From IMG/VR virus record IMGVR_UViG_3300032233_002382, positions 192,001 to 256,000 of that record: a stretch of DNA of 64,000 bases. One strand, written 5' to 3'. The stretch comes from a virus (lineage: Duplodnaviria; Caudoviricetes). The notes below the pieces were generated by a model. The model had not been told where the DNA came from. It did no database searches and worked only from the letters and a program-made list of their open reading frames with translations. Positions 9,123 to 20,200 of this stretch are shown here, one piece after another. Every line of letters begins with the position of its first letter. Positions within the stretch are counted from its first letter, which is position 1. A program made the position numbers and the translations under genes.

Positions 9123-11371
9123 TATCCTATCGCGATCGTTGGTATGCCAAGAATCGGTATACCGGTTAAATAATCAATGTGAGGTCCTGGTACTGGACTA
9201 GGTATGCCCGCCACTGCGAACCCAACCGTAGCAGTACCGATCGCAGTAGTTGGAGCGGTGAACAGATTCAATGATGTACTAGAAATGGTAGTTGAAGCCG
9301 CCTGGATCGATACCGGACCAACTGGGGCAGCTAGTGACAAAGCACCGGATTTAACTGACACCGAGTAAGAACCAGTCGTAACGGAGGTATCTACCAAACC
9401 AGTAACGACCGACGTTAATATATTTCCGGTGGTAACCGAGTCGTCTATGCCAGTCCCTGCAACCACAGACCTCGTGATGCTCCCGGTCAAAACGGTAGTC
9501 TTATCTACGCCAGCTACAGTCGTTGCTTCTTTGCCGACCGCATAGTTACAAGTGACGCTCTGACCGTGATCATAAGACGCCTCACCAAGAATCACTGTGT
9601 TTGCAGCGCCTAATGACTTGATGCTCATGCCGGATTCACCAGCATTTTGTTCGATAGAACTACCAATAGCTATATTCCGACCACCTGCGCTACTAAGATG
9701 GTTCGCGCCAGCGACAGTCGAGATATTAGATGACGCAGATATGTTAGCGGCACCACCGAGTCGCCAGTCCAGGGTAGGCCTGCTGGTTTCATCATCATCT
9801 CCCAGGAACTTCCAAACTATGGGTCCAAAAAGAGTGATGTTTAACGAATTCCTATTACGATCTCGTCCAATTTCTAAATTCATGCCGCCCTGCAGTCTTA
9901 CATCTGCGCTAAGACCGGTATTATCGTCTCTTCCAATGTTCATTTTTACTAGGCCTGCGATGCTCGCATCAATACTCTGACCTAAGTCTTGACTAGTACG
10001 ACCCGTTGTTGTCTTCGGCACGCTCAGGAATACTTTCCCTTCCTTAGAAACGCCGAAGCTATATACGTTATCGGTGCGCGGAGATTTTATTCGATAGAGT
10101 CTCGCCAGGCCCATGGTGTCTGCGAGCTCGATACCATCCGGAGTCGATAAATCTAAGCTTTGCAGAGAAGCGGGAACCCCGAACGATCCGTCCTTGGGAC
10201 TATCAAACACATTCATACGTAGAATGCGCTTATATAAATCACGTCCTGGGCCAGAATAATCATTACCAACCACTGTTCCGTGAACATCTTCAATGTAGTA
10301 CGGCTTCTGGTCTATCTGAAACCCATCCACTTCCTCGGTAACCGATATAACCCCGTCACTCACATGGTTTAATTCTCGACGATCTTCAATATAGGCATAC
10401 AGAGAGTTAATAGGATTGTTTCCAATATCGCCCTGCATAACGTAGCTGGTTCGAACCCCAGCAGGATCGACTATAGAAGGGTATTCAAGCTCGGCTTGTT
10501 CATAAGAGTGCGTTCTGAAGCCGTCAGCATCTATAAGGTTTTGTTCTTTTAAATAGTCATATGCAGGCGAGGATTTAGGCACTGACTGATTAAACAGCCT
10601 TTTATCACCAGATGAACGAAGATTGTAGGAACTCGGAATGTTGGTTAAAGATGAAAGTGGATATATTTCTTGAGGGAGCGACAGCATTCCTCGTCTAATC
10701 ATACCTCTATAATAAGAACCAGCTGCGTTACTTACGTAATCATTTAGTGTGTTTAGAACGGACGTTTGATCACTATCACGGAGACGAATTTCCATACCAG
10801 ATCGCGATGTTAGCATTACATCGCGATCCAATAGGATGTCCGACCCATCTTTTGAAGTCGCAATATAATCGCCTTCATAAGCCTTACGATTCTTCAGTCG
10901 AACCGTATCCAGGAATAAGTTGGGATCATATTTTAGTTCAGGTCTTTTCGATAACAATGCATCTATTTGATTCTTGTCCGCAACAGCAACTGGATTATAG
11001 GAACGAGCAGGGTATAATCCTGGTGGCAAGCAAGTAATAATGACAGGATGTTGAGTATACATACCAAACGCGCGCCAGCCCAGAATAACCATCGAGCCAC
11101 GTTCGATAATGGAGCCAGAAAACGAACGAGGACCGCCACCAGACATCGGGATTTGAACGTCGTGCCATTGCTCATTTCCCGTTATGGCAGTGATCGAACA
11201 TCGCATCGACTCGACATCGACGTGTACGACGCGACCAATCCAGAGTAATTTCTTTGATTCAATATTACTAGTATCAGTGGCTTTCCGGGTGGCGCTTACT
11301 TTAGGGTTAGCAGCGCTTCTAGTAGGCTTATTCGCAAGCTTGCCTTGGTAGGAATCTTTCTTTTCGCCCAT
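9122..11371 (-). CDS. baseplate central spike (gp5/gpV-like): N-terminal OB-like domain, C-terminal beta-helix
   Basis: GRVVHVD...V-x-IP...GSMVILGW N-terminal pattern; V/T/S/G-rich beta-repeat C-terminus; follows hub gene. Confidence 0.7.
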   Translation of the reverse strand: MGEKKDSYQGKLANKPTRSAANPKVSATRKATDTSNIESKKLLWIGRVVHVDVESMRCSITAITGNEQWHDVQIPMSGGGPRSFSGSIIERGSMVILGWRAFGMYTQHPVIITCLPPGLYPARSYNPVAVADKNQIDALLSKRPELKYDPNLFLDTVRLKNRKAYEGDYIATSKDGSDILLDRDVMLTSRSGMEIRLRDSDQTSVLNTLNDYVSNAAGSYYRGMIRRGMLSLPQEIYPLSSLTNIPSSYNLRSSGDKRLFNQSVPKSSPAYDYLKEQNLIDADGFRTHSYEQAELEYPSIVDPAGVRTSYVMQGDIGNNPINSLYAYIEDRRELNHVSDGVISVTEEVDGFQIDQKPYYIEDVHGTVVGNDYSGPGRDLYKRILRMNVFDSPKDGSFGVPASLQSLDLSTPDGIELADTMGLARLYRIKSPRTDNVYSFGVSKEGKVFLSVPKTTTGRTSQDLGQSIDASIAGLVKMNIGRDDNTGLSADVRLQGGMNLEIGRDRNRNSLNITLFGPIVWKFLGDDDETSRPTLDWRLGGAANISASSNISTVAGANHLSSAGGRNIAIGSSIEQNAGESGMSIKSLGAANTVILGEASYDHGQSVTCNYAVGKEATTVAGVDKTTVLTGSITRSVVAGTGIDDSVTTGNILTSVVTGLVDTSVTTGSYSVSVKSGALSLAAPVGPVSIQAASTTISSTSLNLFTAPTTAIGTATVGFAVAGIPSPVPGPHIDYLTGIPILGIPTIAIG

Positions 11372-11378
11372 ATGTCAC

Positions 11379-14300
11379 CTACTTAGGAGTCTTGGAGGGG
11401 TCTATACCTACGGGCGGCACTGACCCACCAGCGGCGTCATAATACCCAGGGTTTATCAATTGCGAGAAAGATGGAGAATCAGGAGTGTTATTCACACTAC
11501 GTTTAAACGCAGTAACAGCATTATCTATGCCCGTTTTCATCTTTTCGAAAGCGGATGGAGTAAGACCAAAATTCCAGTTCGGATTATTATTCAAAGTCTT
11601 TAGCGCCGATATATCACCGTTGGCAGCCGCCTGGAAGAGGCTATACTCTTGAGGAGTGTAATTCTTAAAAGTGGGGTCAACTTCGTTGGTGTTTATTCCA
11701 TTTATTTCTACAGGAACGTTTCCTTGAGTATAACGTTGTTCCCGACCATTATTCGCTTTTAAACGGTCGCTGAAGGACTTACGAAGTTCCGCGTTGAGGG
11801 CGGCAAAGAACTGACCAGAAGTAATATTACCTTTAAATGCAACAGGTTTGGAACCTTCATCTCCAGTACTGGAGAAGAGCTCAGTATTTGATCTTGATTC
11901 ATCGACTGAAACCGAAGAGCTTGACCTGAGGACTTCAGCGATGGGGCTGTTACCTATAGAATCTCTGGCATCTTTGCTTGACTTCGCATATGTGCTGTCA
12001 CTCGAACCATTCACGATGCTTTCGATCACACTAGTCGGCAATACGTTTATCCAGTTAGGTCTGCCTAAGCCACAAGAGCAATCGGCAACGAATTGAGATA
12101 AGCCGCTATTGTCGACGGTTGGCGATAATTCAGTTAGAGCTTTAGCTGAGAGAACGGCGTCTGCTTCTACGAATGCAGTATTACCATTTCCTGATTTCAT
12201 ATCATTAAATGTTTGCCTACTCGTCAGTGTGACAGAAGTAGTATCAATAGTCACTGGTCCTGTCACAGGCAGATTGGTAAACGTAGCGCCCGTTTGCCAA
12301 TCTTCCGTAGTCATTTTCTCGAGAGATTTTGCGAAGTCCGAAGGAGATGAGTCACCAGACGCAGATGTTGGAGTGGATACCGAATCAGTTAGTAAATTTC
12401 CGGTCGGCGCAAATTGAACAGTAAGATTGTTTGTCGGGGAGTCATTTTTAGCCAGTCTATCCAGATCGATCTTTGAGGCTCTACCATATCGATAATGACC
12501 GACTACTTCAAATCCAAACTCATCGCTGACGGGTCTTATGATAAGTTGTAAAGACGGCAGAGATTCAGACACCTCCTGCCGCTTAAGAAGAGCATTTAAG
12601 TTAGCATTAGCCTTTTTTAAAGCCTCTTCTGCTGCCTTCGATTTTGCAGGATCTTCCTTTTTGGTCTTAGCCGCCTCAGCGGATGCAGTTGAGGCCGCAG
12701 CAACCGCCTTCTTGGCAGTGACTATATTCTTTGATAAATTGGCACTAGCTTGCTTACTCGCGGCAGTTTGCGTAATCGGCTCAGCAGAACCGTCAGCAGT
12801 GCTATAAACTATAGACTCAGCCGGAACCATCTGGAATTCCTTAATTAGACCAGATTTATCCCAGGCATAGTCATAGATACCGGCATTCGTGGCTGCAGCT
12901 TCATATCGGTGCTGCCTTATTCGGCCGATTAATTGTTGTCTTTCGGCATTCTGGAGCACATTAACTACATCGGATTGTAACTGGCTCATTCGGGCAGCGC
13001 GATCCTTTGATTTTTTCTGGTCAGTCTTTACTGCTGCAGTTACAGGAGCACCAGCATTCAACAAAGCTTTTGCCAAAGTCTCGCCACTGAGCGTCTTACG
13101 GAATACCATGACAACATTCGGATATCCTAGCAACTTTCCAGTTTTCGGGTGCCTTAGGATCACCGGTTCATTTGGATTCGGCCCAGGGTTTTCACTTTGA
13201 GAGTACGCCTGACCAGTCGTAGTACCGCCACCATCCGGAAATGACACTTTATATGAGGGTATTTTGATAGTGGCTGTCTTTCCGTCTGGATTCGTAGGAG
13301 GTTTCGGGGCACCCTTAGGCTTCGGGCCGTTGAAAACGTATCTGACCGGAACTTCAACGTCTTGACCGCGCTCCATAATACCGATGTTCTTTGGTGCTAT
13401 AAATTTACCACGCTTGCCCGACACAGTAACGGTTGTAGTGGCCGAACCGCCTACTGAATAGGAGTGAGAAATCGCGGTTATATAAAAGAAAGAGTCATAC
13501 TTTTCAACATAGATGGGGAAACCCATTCGAAGCTCGGGTCTCATCGGGATTTGGAAGTTCCCAGTAACACGCTTAGCGTTAATACGATCTAAAAGGTCTA
13601 CGAGATAGAAAAAGAGCTTCTTAGCGTTTGAAGCCCATGCTGACTGCTGCTCATGCTTACGCCATCCGTATCTACGTAGTAAGTGATAGTCAAAAACGCC
13701 AGTATTAGCGGCAGTAATTTCATCATTTAGGCCGACATCCATCAACCCGCCGTACGCGTTGGCTGACCCGGTCATGTGAGTGACGACTTCGGCTTCAGAA
13801 TCAGTAATGCTATCTTCAATTAATTCGAAATTCTGGATCCAAGAAACAGGTTTATTAGGAAGAACGTTTAAGTTAAAGAACGGCGGCTTGAATATTATCT
13901 CTCCAGTCGTGTCGCAATAAAATTCATACCCAATCTGATCGCGGGCTTCAAGCGCTATTTCAAGCTTTGTCTTAGAATTTGTCTGGAAAAAATCAACATC
14001 CGCCGCACGAGAAAGCTCCTGCCTAGCAAAAGCGGTCTCGGCCACGTCTGTTCTAAGTGTGTTCGATTCTTGTGATTGATTCTTGCTAAATTCGAATTCA
14101 GACTCAAAAATCTTCTGACTAAAGGCGATGGGTGATACAGTCGCGCCCAGTGTATTCGTGGTATAAAGCTGACCGGAAGCTCCATAGATTACAAAATTAT
14201 TCCATATCCGACCGAATTTTGCCTGCCAATAGACCATGACATCAGTTAGCGTGCTAGATGTATAGTCTTTTTCAATCCCGTTTTCCGGTGTAAATTTAGG

Positions 14301-14903
14301 ACCAAAGGAACCGGTCGTAAACATAAAATCGCCCATTGCTTCACGTGCTAACTGAATCACAACCGCGATAGGATTCATTGCTGCAAATTGATTGGCATAC
14401 ATCTGCCAGCCCTGCGTGCTCGTTCCGGTGGGGTTCAACCAAGCTGTGCTTAACACAGTTTGAGTAAGCTCCCACCATCTTAGAATGTCTCGACATTGTA
14501 TTGAAATCGAAGTCACACCATTAGACCATGAAGACTGAACGCTGCTGACTAACCCCCAAAACACTTTGTAGTATTGAGGCAACCCACCTACCAAGTAGTA
14601 ACCTTTCGCATATATCTCGACTTCCATCATGGGAATAACCATAAATTGGTTTTCCACGTAAAAATTGTTTACGTCATTATCGGGGATTGTTAGCGATATA
14701 GTCGCGCTTCCAGGCGGAGAATCAACAGATGCTTCAACGCTGACCGACGTGATATAATCGTTTAAATTCACACGCTTTTTACACTCTCCACATCCGATAA
14801 CTGTCGTTTCTCCCTGGATAGCTACATACATGTCTGGAGCAAGCGCTACGAATGGGCGACGATTTGGAGTATATGTACCGGACCAAGCCGAAGTCCTACT
14901 CAT
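11379..14903 (-). CDS. baseplate hub (gp27/GpD-like, 1174 aa)
   Basis: TSKLEIA...YEFYCDTTGEIIFKPP and RPELRMGFPIY...FYITAISHSY motifs typical of hub proteins. Confidence 0.7.
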   Translation of the reverse strand: MSRTSAWSGTYTPNRRPFVALAPDMYVAIQGETTVIGCGECKKRVNLNDYITSVSVEASVDSPPGSATISLTIPDNDVNNFYVENQFMVIPMMEVEIYAKGYYLVGGLPQYYKVFWGLVSSVQSSWSNGVTSISIQCRDILRWWELTQTVLSTAWLNPTGTSTQGWQMYANQFAAMNPIAVVIQLAREAMGDFMFTTGSFGPKFTPENGIEKDYTSSTLTDVMVYWQAKFGRIWNNFVIYGASGQLYTTNTLGATVSPIAFSQKIFESEFEFSKNQSQESNTLRTDVAETAFARQELSRAADVDFFQTNSKTKLEIALEARDQIGYEFYCDTTGEIIFKPPFFNLNVLPNKPVSWIQNFELIEDSITDSEAEVVTHMTGSANAYGGLMDVGLNDEITAANTGVFDYHLLRRYGWRKHEQQSAWASNAKKLFFYLVDLLDRINAKRVTGNFQIPMRPELRMGFPIYVEKYDSFFYITAISHSYSVGGSATTTVTVSGKRGKFIAPKNIGIMERGQDVEVPVRYVFNGPKPKGAPKPPTNPDGKTATIKIPSYKVSFPDGGGTTTGQAYSQSENPGPNPNEPVILRHPKTGKLLGYPNVVMVFRKTLSGETLAKALLNAGAPVTAAVKTDQKKSKDRAARMSQLQSDVVNVLQNAERQQLIGRIRQHRYEAAATNAGIYDYAWDKSGLIKEFQMVPAESIVYSTADGSAEPITQTAASKQASANLSKNIVTAKKAVAAASTASAEAAKTKKEDPAKSKAAEEALKKANANLNALLKRQEVSESLPSLQLIIRPVSDEFGFEVVGHYRYGRASKIDLDRLAKNDSPTNNLTVQFAPTGNLLTDSVSTPTSASGDSSPSDFAKSLEKMTTEDWQTGATFTNLPVTGPVTIDTTSVTLTSRQTFNDMKSGNGNTAFVEADAVLSAKALTELSPTVDNSGLSQFVADCSCGLGRPNWINVLPTSVIESIVNGSSDSTYAKSSKDARDSIGNSPIAEVLRSSSSVSVDESRSNTELFSSTGDEGSKPVAFKGNITSGQFFAALNAELRKSFSDRLKANNGREQRYTQGNVPVEINGINTNEVDPTFKNYTPQEYSLFQAAANGDISALKTLNNNPNWNFGLTPSAFEKMKTGIDNAVTAFKRSVNNTPDSPSFSQLINPGYYDAAGGSVPPVGIDPSKTPK

Positions 14904-16660
14904 TGTTCTACCCCCTGCTCATACGCTTGAACTTCGTACCGACATGTGAAATTGAAATCGTAGCTTAGGTTATGGGGCTTATCTGCCGTATCACTAACCG
15001 TAAAGCTATCAAACGAACCAACGTAAATTCGACCATCATAGTATATGTAGCAGGATAAAGGATAAATCGGAATACCACCGTTACCATTCATTTCAGTCGG
15101 ATCTGTGTACATAATGCCGTTGGTCTTGTAAATTGATACCATTTGCATCAAATTCTGATATGAGACCGAGTAAATGCGATTAATATTCGTTAGTCCTCCT
15201 TGCGGCTTCGATGAACCGTCAACGAAGAACTGAGCCGGAGTAGAACCACTGGCCGAAATACTTAAAGGCTGCTCGTTCCACATGCTCACAATGCTTCCAC
15301 GCCGACCTTTGGCCACATCGACTGTGGCTGCATACGAACGCGAAAAAGAGGCGGGGTTTACTATGAAATAAATCGGACTTAAGTTAGAATAAGCGATAAT
15401 CTGATTGTTTACGCTCTGAATCAAACGCTGAATCGATTTCATCTGACGAGTGGCATCGATCGCATTACTACTACCAAGAGAAGCCGCAGGATTAGTAGCA
15501 TTAAATGTCACATCGGTACCGAAAATAGATGCCGTTCTAAAGCCGTTCGTAGCTGCTTCAGTAAGACCTGTTGTAGCGCTAACACCGGTAGTCAGTTCGA
15601 GTCTCCTGCGATTTATGGCTTCGACTAGATCTTGATAAGCTTTCGTTCCCTTCATCTCTTCTGTTCTAGCGCCCAGGTCACCTACCGTAACGCTTCCTCT
15701 GCGACTCTTGTCTAGACTATTTACGAAGTCATAGGCGCGCTGCTCCAATACTACGGTTTGATCATAACCAGGATCGCCCGGTTTAGCCGGTCTAGCTTGG
15801 TCTGAACGTTGTGTGTAAGTGGAGTCCTGCTTTCTTCCATTCCCGAACAAAGTCCAACCTGTGGAAGTCGACTGACCCACTAATTCATCATTGGGACCAA
15901 AATCGACCTTTCCGGGAGCATTCAATGTATTAGGGATTTCTAATTCACCAGACGGCCTTACTTTGTACTTCGAATCGCCGATTTTATCTGGAGGCACTCC
16001 GGCCGAAGCTGAATACATGTTTTGGGCGCTTAAAGGCCATTCATTGCCATCTACTTGGTTGTACAGGTATTCGGATGCTATGGAAATTTGGTCTGCCGCA
16101 TTACCACTATCAAGCGCCGAAGCCCAACGTTTTCCAGCGGACTCTCCGAGGGTTGCAGCCACTTGACTGGCGGACAATCCCACGATGCCGCCAACCGGTG
16201 CTTCGCCAGCATCTAAGGGTAAATTCAGCATCGAAGATTTTGAATCAGCGCCGGAACTCGCAAGTAAGACCGCAGCCAACTCCTCAGGAGGCAACTTCGA
16301 ATTCAGAATCGCATCTAAAGCTGCCTTATCTTTAGACAACTCATCCACGTTTGCTTCAGCTTTATACTTGAAACCGAATTTAGGATCAGTTGTGTTTACG
16401 GGCTGAATTTGTTTATCGGTAATTTGATTACCAGGCGTATATTTGATAGCCATGAAATCTACGAGCTTTTGCGGCGGGATAACTCCGATGATCATTAAAT
16501 TCCGGTTTTTATCTATATTTTCATTTACGCCCCTGGGTTGATAGGCCCGTAAAACGGTAGGCGTAAAGGACAACTGCTTATTGATAGTATTCGCAAACTT
16601 TTCTAGCTCTTGAGCCTTCGAGTTAGCGACGATCTTCTTCACAGTGTCGTTTAAAGCCAT
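14900..16660 (-). CDS. tail tube initiator-like protein with inserted, apparently degenerate lytic transglycosylase-like domain
   Basis: C-terminal VNPASFS...W...ISASGST...G.FDSFTVSD..F.F pattern paralogous to 16663..17265. Confidence 0.6.
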   Translation of the reverse strand: MALNDTVKKIVANSKAQELEKFANTINKQLSFTPTVLRAYQPRGVNENIDKNRNLMIIGVIPPQKLVDFMAIKYTPGNQITDKQIQPVNTTDPKFGFKYKAEANVDELSKDKAALDAILNSKLPPEELAAVLLASSGADSKSSMLNLPLDAGEAPVGGIVGLSASQVAATLGESAGKRWASALDSGNAADQISIASEYLYNQVDGNEWPLSAQNMYSASAGVPPDKIGDSKYKVRPSGELEIPNTLNAPGKVDFGPNDELVGQSTSTGWTLFGNGRKQDSTYTQRSDQARPAKPGDPGYDQTVVLEQRAYDFVNSLDKSRRGSVTVGDLGARTEEMKGTKAYQDLVEAINRRRLELTTGVSATTGLTEAATNGFRTASIFGTDVTFNATNPAASLGSSNAIDATRQMKSIQRLIQSVNNQIIAYSNLSPIYFIVNPASFSRSYAATVDVAKGRRGSIVSMWNEQPLSISASGSTPAQFFVDGSSKPQGGLTNINRIYSVSYQNLMQMVSIYKTNGIMYTDPTEMNGNGGIPIYPLSCYIYYDGRIYVGSFDSFTVSDTADKPHNLSYDFNFTCRYEVQAYEQGVEQ

Positions 16661-16662
16661 GG

Positions 16663-17265
16663 CTAGCCCACTTTCACGGGGAATTTATAAATGAGACGCT
16701 CGACTTTAAACTCCCAATTTAACTTAAACTGAAAAGGATTTTCCTCTTCTTCCGCGACCTCGAATGTACTAAAGAATCCCCCGAATACTCCTCGATCGTA
16801 AATGCAGATGACTCTGCCACGAATAGCCGGGATACCTTTTGAATCGTAAACCATCCCGTTACTATGAAATAAGTCTAAGAGGTCTTGAAAACGTTCATAA
16901 GCTATCGTGCTGGAACGACCCGGTTCGTATCCAGAAACCGATAGTCCTGGGCGTGCCGAAGTAAGACCCACTTTGGGCGCGATAAATGCTCCGGTTGATG
17001 CAGATGCGGAAATCGAGTCCAATTCATCAGGCCAGTGATATTCGACAAACCCACCATAAGTCATAGTCACGTTCTTAACTTTAGACATTCTCTCTTCTAC
17101 GGAGTTAGGATTTATGTGTAACGCGAGAGCCACGTCATATAAAGGTATGTTCGAGTTCGGCTCCGTCACGGTGAATAAGAATGGTCGACCCTTAGAGGCG
17201 ACCTCATAGTTAAAGGCGTCGCCTATACTTGGATTAGGAATAGAAGGTATCGAAGCTCGTGCCAC
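16663..17265 (-). CDS. tail tube initiator (gp48/gp54-like)
   Basis: INPNSVEE...W.DELDSISASAST...GFFSTFEVAEE..F.F pattern; immediately after tape measure. Confidence 0.65.
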   Translation of the reverse strand: MARASIPSIPNPSIGDAFNYEVASKGRPFLFTVTEPNSNIPLYDVALALHINPNSVEERMSKVKNVTMTYGGFVEYHWPDELDSISASASTGAFIAPKVGLTSARPGLSVSGYEPGRSSTIAYERFQDLLDLFHSNGMVYDSKGIPAIRGRVICIYDRGVFGGFFSTFEVAEEEENPFQFKLNWEFKVERLIYKFPVKVG

Positions 17266-17276
17266 GCCAACCCCCT

Positions 17277-20200
17277 CTAGCCAGTAGGCTCACCTGCCTG
17301 AGCTTTCTTTTCGATCGCTTTATTAAACATGTCGGCAAACTGTTCCGGATCACTAATGCTGCCACCATTTATAGTAACATGATAAGTACGAGCGCCAGAT
17401 TTTAAGGACTCGAGCATTTTCTCATTCGTAACGCCTGCACCTCGCATGGTCGCCATCGAGGTGGTCATATCTTTAAATCCACTGAATCCGTATGTTCCTC
17501 CGCCGCCAATACCGGCTGCCATTGTAGCGGCGAAAGCAGGATCAGATTGAGATTTCGCTAGGAGCATGGCATGCCGCACCAAAGGATCTTCGACACCCTC
17601 ACGAACCGATTCAGTAATTATCTTATGCCAAGCAGTCTTGATGGGCGCGGGGACTTTTCTCTGGTTATCCTGTGCGGTTTCCGCGAGAGCTTCGGTACTG
17701 GCTTGAGTAGCCGATGCGGCGGCTGCGGTCATGGTCTGCGCTTCAGCAGCCGTGGCAGTATTAGCGGCGGTTGTCTGAGCGGCGGCTGCAGACGATGCAG
17801 CACTTGGAGCACTTGGAGCAGCACCGGCCGCAGCCTGTGCTGCAGGCAAGGAAGCAAGCACGTCCTGACCAGCCTCATACCTAGTATCACCAAGCGTGTT
17901 GAAAGCTTTGCTACGAGCAGCTAACTTCCGGTGCAATTTGGTTTCTTGGTCCGTAATCAGCTCTTCAGGGCGAGTGCTCGAACCAGCAACTTTCGCTGCC
18001 ATCTTTACTCGTGCAGAAGCTTGAAGATTACCCATTTTCTCCGCATATTCCTGCAAGGCACCTTTTACTATGTCTTCGGATACTCCCGCTTTTTTAGCTT
18101 CCGCTACTGCGCCTTGAATGTCTCCGGATTCTAAGTAAGTTTTAAACGCCTGTCGGTACTCCTCCATTGCTTCCGCATTCGAGGCCATACCTCCAGTACC
18201 ATAAATACCACCACCTGCTTTGGCACTTATGCCCCTGGACATCATGGAAGCCATTGCATCGGCAGCTTCAATCACATAGCCGCTCTTCGATGCTTTGAAA
18301 TCAATCTGTTTTTCCATGATTTCGGCCAAGCTCTCTGTATCATATCCTCTGGCAACCGCTGCGTGTAATTCTTGGCCTCGTATTTTAGCTTCTGATGCAG
18401 TGGACTCAGAAGTACCGGTTTCAGCTCCTTCCATCGCTTTCGTGAAATTCATCAGATTTTCATGCTGTATGCTACCTTCTTTACTATCACTTATCCATTC
18501 GAAGACATCATTTAAGACATCAAGGATTGGCTGGAAAACACCATATATTTTCTCTAATAAGAACGCAATAACGTTGCTGAGTTTATCCGATATGGACATC
18601 GTAGCTTTCGCTTGTTCTTTCGCCATTAGCTTCGCATCATCCATCGGATCTACCAACGCTTCAGTATTCATTAAGGCAGCTTTTACCATTGCTTCCTTAA
18701 CATTTTCTTTTAAGAATTTTCTTAAAGCTTCAGGACCTTCTTTAGCAGCTGCGGCATAACCTGCACCAAGTTTTTTATCGTTTGAGACCATTTTTAACAA
18801 AACAGCGTCAGCCTCTTTCGATCCAGTTCTTAAGTCATCATGCCAGCTCTGCAAAGATGCATTCATGGTGCTGTAATACTGCTTCATGGCTTGAATCTGT
18901 TCCTGCGAATAACCTCTTTGCTCGGCCACATGTTCTTTAATACCTACAAGTTTTCCACCTACGAACGCACCAATTTCCTTACCCATTAATTCAAATGCAG
19001 TTCCTTGTGACACACCTTCTAGGCTGCTAGCGATTTTTGTAGCGTCGCCGCTTGCGGCAAGCACATAATTTTCGAAAATCTTAAGAGTTTCGCCATATTG
19101 AGTCGCGTCCATTTCTCCTGAGGCTTTTAAATCATTCAGTGATTTTACAAATTCCTTACGGCCCGACTCCCCCTTCTTTAAGAGCTCCACCATTCTTGCG
19201 CCGTGCTTTGAATTTGCAGAAAGTTTATTGATCATGTCTTCCTGAACCATCTTACTGGTAGTACCTGCACCAACGATTAGAGTGGTCTGGAGTTTTTGCT
19301 GAAAAGACCTTCCGCGAAACATATTTTTAAACGCCATCATGAATCTCTCGACATCTTTCGGGCTCATGGATTTACTTAAAAATTTCATGGTGCCTATCAG
19401 GTTCTCTATTCGATTTTCAAATAAATCGACATCTGGTATTACCTTGTTAAAAATATTCATGAACTTTTCTACAGGCATACCAGCGTTAGAGACTGTGAAA
19501 ACAATGTCGTTCATGAGTCGTTGAGTATCTTTAGCAGCATATCCCGCTTCACTTCTGAACTTGCCCATCATTTCCGCTACGGCGGTAGATTCCATATTTA
19601 AGGCAGCACCATATACAACCGCTCGCTCAGAGAATTCCTTGATACCACCATCCATGCTTGATAATGTTGCTTGCGTCCTGATCAATGAACCGGTCGTGGC
19701 TCTAGTATAGGCATTAATGACACCTGCCGTGTCCTTTGATGTTTTTCCGTATTGTAATAAAGCACCAGCTGAGTCAATAGAGGCTTGTCGAAGACCCTTG
19801 ATCGCATTTGAGTAGTCGGCACTATCGCCAGTCATATCATTTAGAAAGGCGGTCCCACTAACCAAAGTTTTATTCAACTCCGTCATATGATCGCTTGCGG
19901 CTAGCAAAATCTGAACGAAGGAAGTGATCGCTCCAGCCGCCATCGACATCGCTGGACCAAATTTTGTGACCATTCCGATTACTTTGTCCATACCTCCGAT
20001 GCCCATGCTAGAAGCTGCACCGGCAACCAGTTTTCCTGCACCACCGGCAGCCTGAGCCACTCCACCCAAAGCGCCAGCGCCCTTGGTAGTCAATGCCTTG
20101 CTTATGCCACCAGTAATTCCTTTTACAGTATCAGCACCTTTTCCACCGGCCGAAAATGAAGCTTCCTCTCGAAGATTCTTAATTTTTGATTTTGTTAGAG

